DNA of 64,000 nt from a virus. Taxonomy: Duplodnaviria > Caudoviricetes. The position numbers were made by a program, and so were the translations under genes. The notes under the pieces were generated by a model that searched no databases, was not told the origin of the DNA, and saw only the letters and a program-made list of their open reading frames with translations. Position 1 is the first letter of the stretch. Each line of letters starts with the position of its first letter. Of the stretch, positions 62,664-64,000 are shown piece after piece. The stretch lies in the IMG/VR virus record IMGVR_UViG_3300042445_001485. One strand, written 5' to 3'.

Positions 62664-64000
62664 GAGTCACAATCCTCTTGATTTTCAATTGTTTCTGCCA
62701 TAGGGAGAGTTTGTTTTTCACCTATTTTGTCAACATCAATTTCGCCCTGGCCGTCATTGGTGTTAAAATAGTATAATTGCTTAGTTCCATATTTATAGCA
62801 CATGATCAAGTGCTTGAGCATTTCACTCATGGGGATCTTTTCATCATCGTAAAACTTAGGGTTATACGAAGTGTTGGTACTGATACCTTGATCAATATAT
62901 TTTTGCAATACTGCACAAATTTTTAGATATCCTTCTGGACTCTTTTGATCCCACAATAGTTCATATTTGTTTTTCAATTTACGATACTCTGGTACAACCT
63001 GTCGTAATACGCCATGTTTGCTTTGTTTAATGCTTACATAACTTCTAGGTGGTTCTATTCCGTTAGTAGCATTACTTATCTGTGCTGAGGTCTCTGCAGG
63101 CATTAATGCCATCAAAGTGGCATTGCGAATGCCTGTGTTGAGAATTTGCTCACGCAAGGCACGCCACGGCATGCGCTCTTGATGTGGCACTAATTCATCC
63201 ACTTCTTGCTTTCGTGTATCGATTGGCAATAGGCCGTCTGCATACTTTAAATTTTTCCAGGCAAGGCATGGTCCCTGCTCAACGGCAAGATCAGCACTGG
63301 CTTTAATTAAATAATAACTCCAGGCTTCTGCATATTCATCTACTAATGCTAATGCTTTTGGATCACTGTAACTAATATCATGTTTGGCCAAAAAGTAAGC
63401 AAAGTTAATAATACCGTTACCCAGTGGGCGGTATTCTTGTGTTGATAGTTCAGCGGCTCGAACAGGATAATTCTGATAACTGAGTAACGCATCTAATCCA
63501 CGAACACTCAATGTACACATACGCTCAAAATCTCGGGGGGATCGAACATTACCCCAATTTTGTGCGCTGAGTGTACACAATGCAATACGACCATTTTCAT
63601 CCCGAATATCATTGAGTGGTACTGTTGGCAAGTCAATTTCACTGCATAAATTGCTCATCTTAATTGGAGCAATCTTTTCCTTAAATGGGCTGTGTGTGTT
63701 GGCATGATCTACATTTTGCAAATAGATGCGGCCTGTATCTTTACGCTCAGTCATAAACCGGCTAAACAAGTCCGCGGCTCTGAATGTTTTCTTACGCAAT
63801 TTAGTATTACGCTCGGCCTTTTCATATAACTCTTTAAAACGATCTTGATCGTTAAAAAATGCATTATACATTTCCGGAACATCATGCGGACTAAAACAAG
63901 TAATGTCTCCACCTGTTATCAATCGTTCATACATGAGTTTATTAAACTGAACACCATAATCCATTTGACGCACACGATTTTCTTCTGTGCCTTTATTGTT
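62651..64000 (-). CDS. nrdA: ribonucleotide reductase class Ia alpha subunit (5' part outside the window)
   Basis: SNLCSEI (NxCxE), ALCTLSA, MPAETSA, KQLYY, terminal CDSC; frame open to the window edge. Confidence 0.97.
   Translation of the reverse strand, partial: NNKGTEENRVRQMDYGVQFNKLMYERLITGGDITCFSPHDVPEMYNAFFNDQDRFKELYEKAERNTKLRKKTFRAADLFSRFMTERKDTGRIYLQNVDHANTHSPFKEKIAPIKMSNLCSEIDLPTVPLNDIRDENGRIALCTLSAQNWGNVRSPRDFERMCTLSVRGLDALLSYQNYPVRAAELSTQEYRPLGNGIINFAYFLAKHDISYSDPKALALVDEYAEAWSYYLIKASADLAVEQGPCLAWKNLKYADGLLPIDTRKQEVDELVPHQERMPWRALREQILNTGIRNATLMALMPAETSAQISNATNGIEPPRSYVSIKQSKHGVLRQVVPEYRKLKNKYELLWDQKSPEGYLKICAVLQKYIDQGISTNTSYNPKFYDDEKIPMSEMLKHLIMCYKYGTKQLYYFNTNDGQGEIDVDKIGEKQTLPMAETIENQEDCDSCII

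Noticed and set aside
60825-64000. Possible intron or intein in nrdA/nrdB
   Set aside because: NrdB is 375 aa and the visible NrdA part is collinear with class Ia enzymes, with no insertion or frame break.
1-64000. Stop-codon reassignment (seen in some large phages)
   Set aside because: Conserved genes (ligase, nrdA/B, ugd, UvdE) are full length under the standard code and coding density is high.
1-64000. Canonical tRNA genes
   Set aside because: No GGTTCGAATCC-type T-arm with a cloverleaf was found by eye. The only tRNA-like element is the tmRNA. A tRNAscan run would be needed to exclude atypical tRNAs.

Overview
This is a 64 kb slice of a large lytic dsDNA tailed phage with T4-like features: TAAATA late promoters, class Ia nrdA/nrdB plus glutaredoxin, ATP-dependent DNA ligase and a PAAR-like spike protein. 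Genes are dense and almost all on the minus strand. The host is a Gram-negative proteobacterium, inferred from the trimeric porin, autotransporter-like barrel, TRAP DctP and IbpA-type Hsp20; the porin looks betaproteobacterial. The window mixes small early genes, each behind a repeated sigma70 promoter cassette, with many auxiliary genes. These include a CoA-ligase/SDR/BKACE operon, a minimal malonyl-CoA decarboxylase-like protein, an amidinotransferase/UDP-glucose dehydrogenase/glycosyltransferase-like cluster, at least 8 HxD...H cupin/2OG-Fe(II)-like proteins, UvdE, ClpS, Hsp20 and ribosomal protein bS21. The standout feature, absent from the ORF track, is a complete circularly permuted (two-piece) tmRNA at about 10930-11405 (minus). 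It has its own perfect sigma70 promoter, a G3:U70 acceptor stem, inter-piece P2 pairing, PK1 and the tag (A)ANDSQFALAA*. Its 225-nt intervening segment is filled almost exactly by a 70-aa ORF with its own Shine-Dalgarno. A second partial acceptor piece lies about 800 bp upstream. Other notable patterns are systematic leaderless gene starts (TAAATA-N4-5-ATG and TATAAT-N6-ATG), AGTACT-rich repeats beside early promoters, and putative head-cargo enzymes with MRxxE-type N-termini. All family assignments come from motif recognition by eye; no database search was run.
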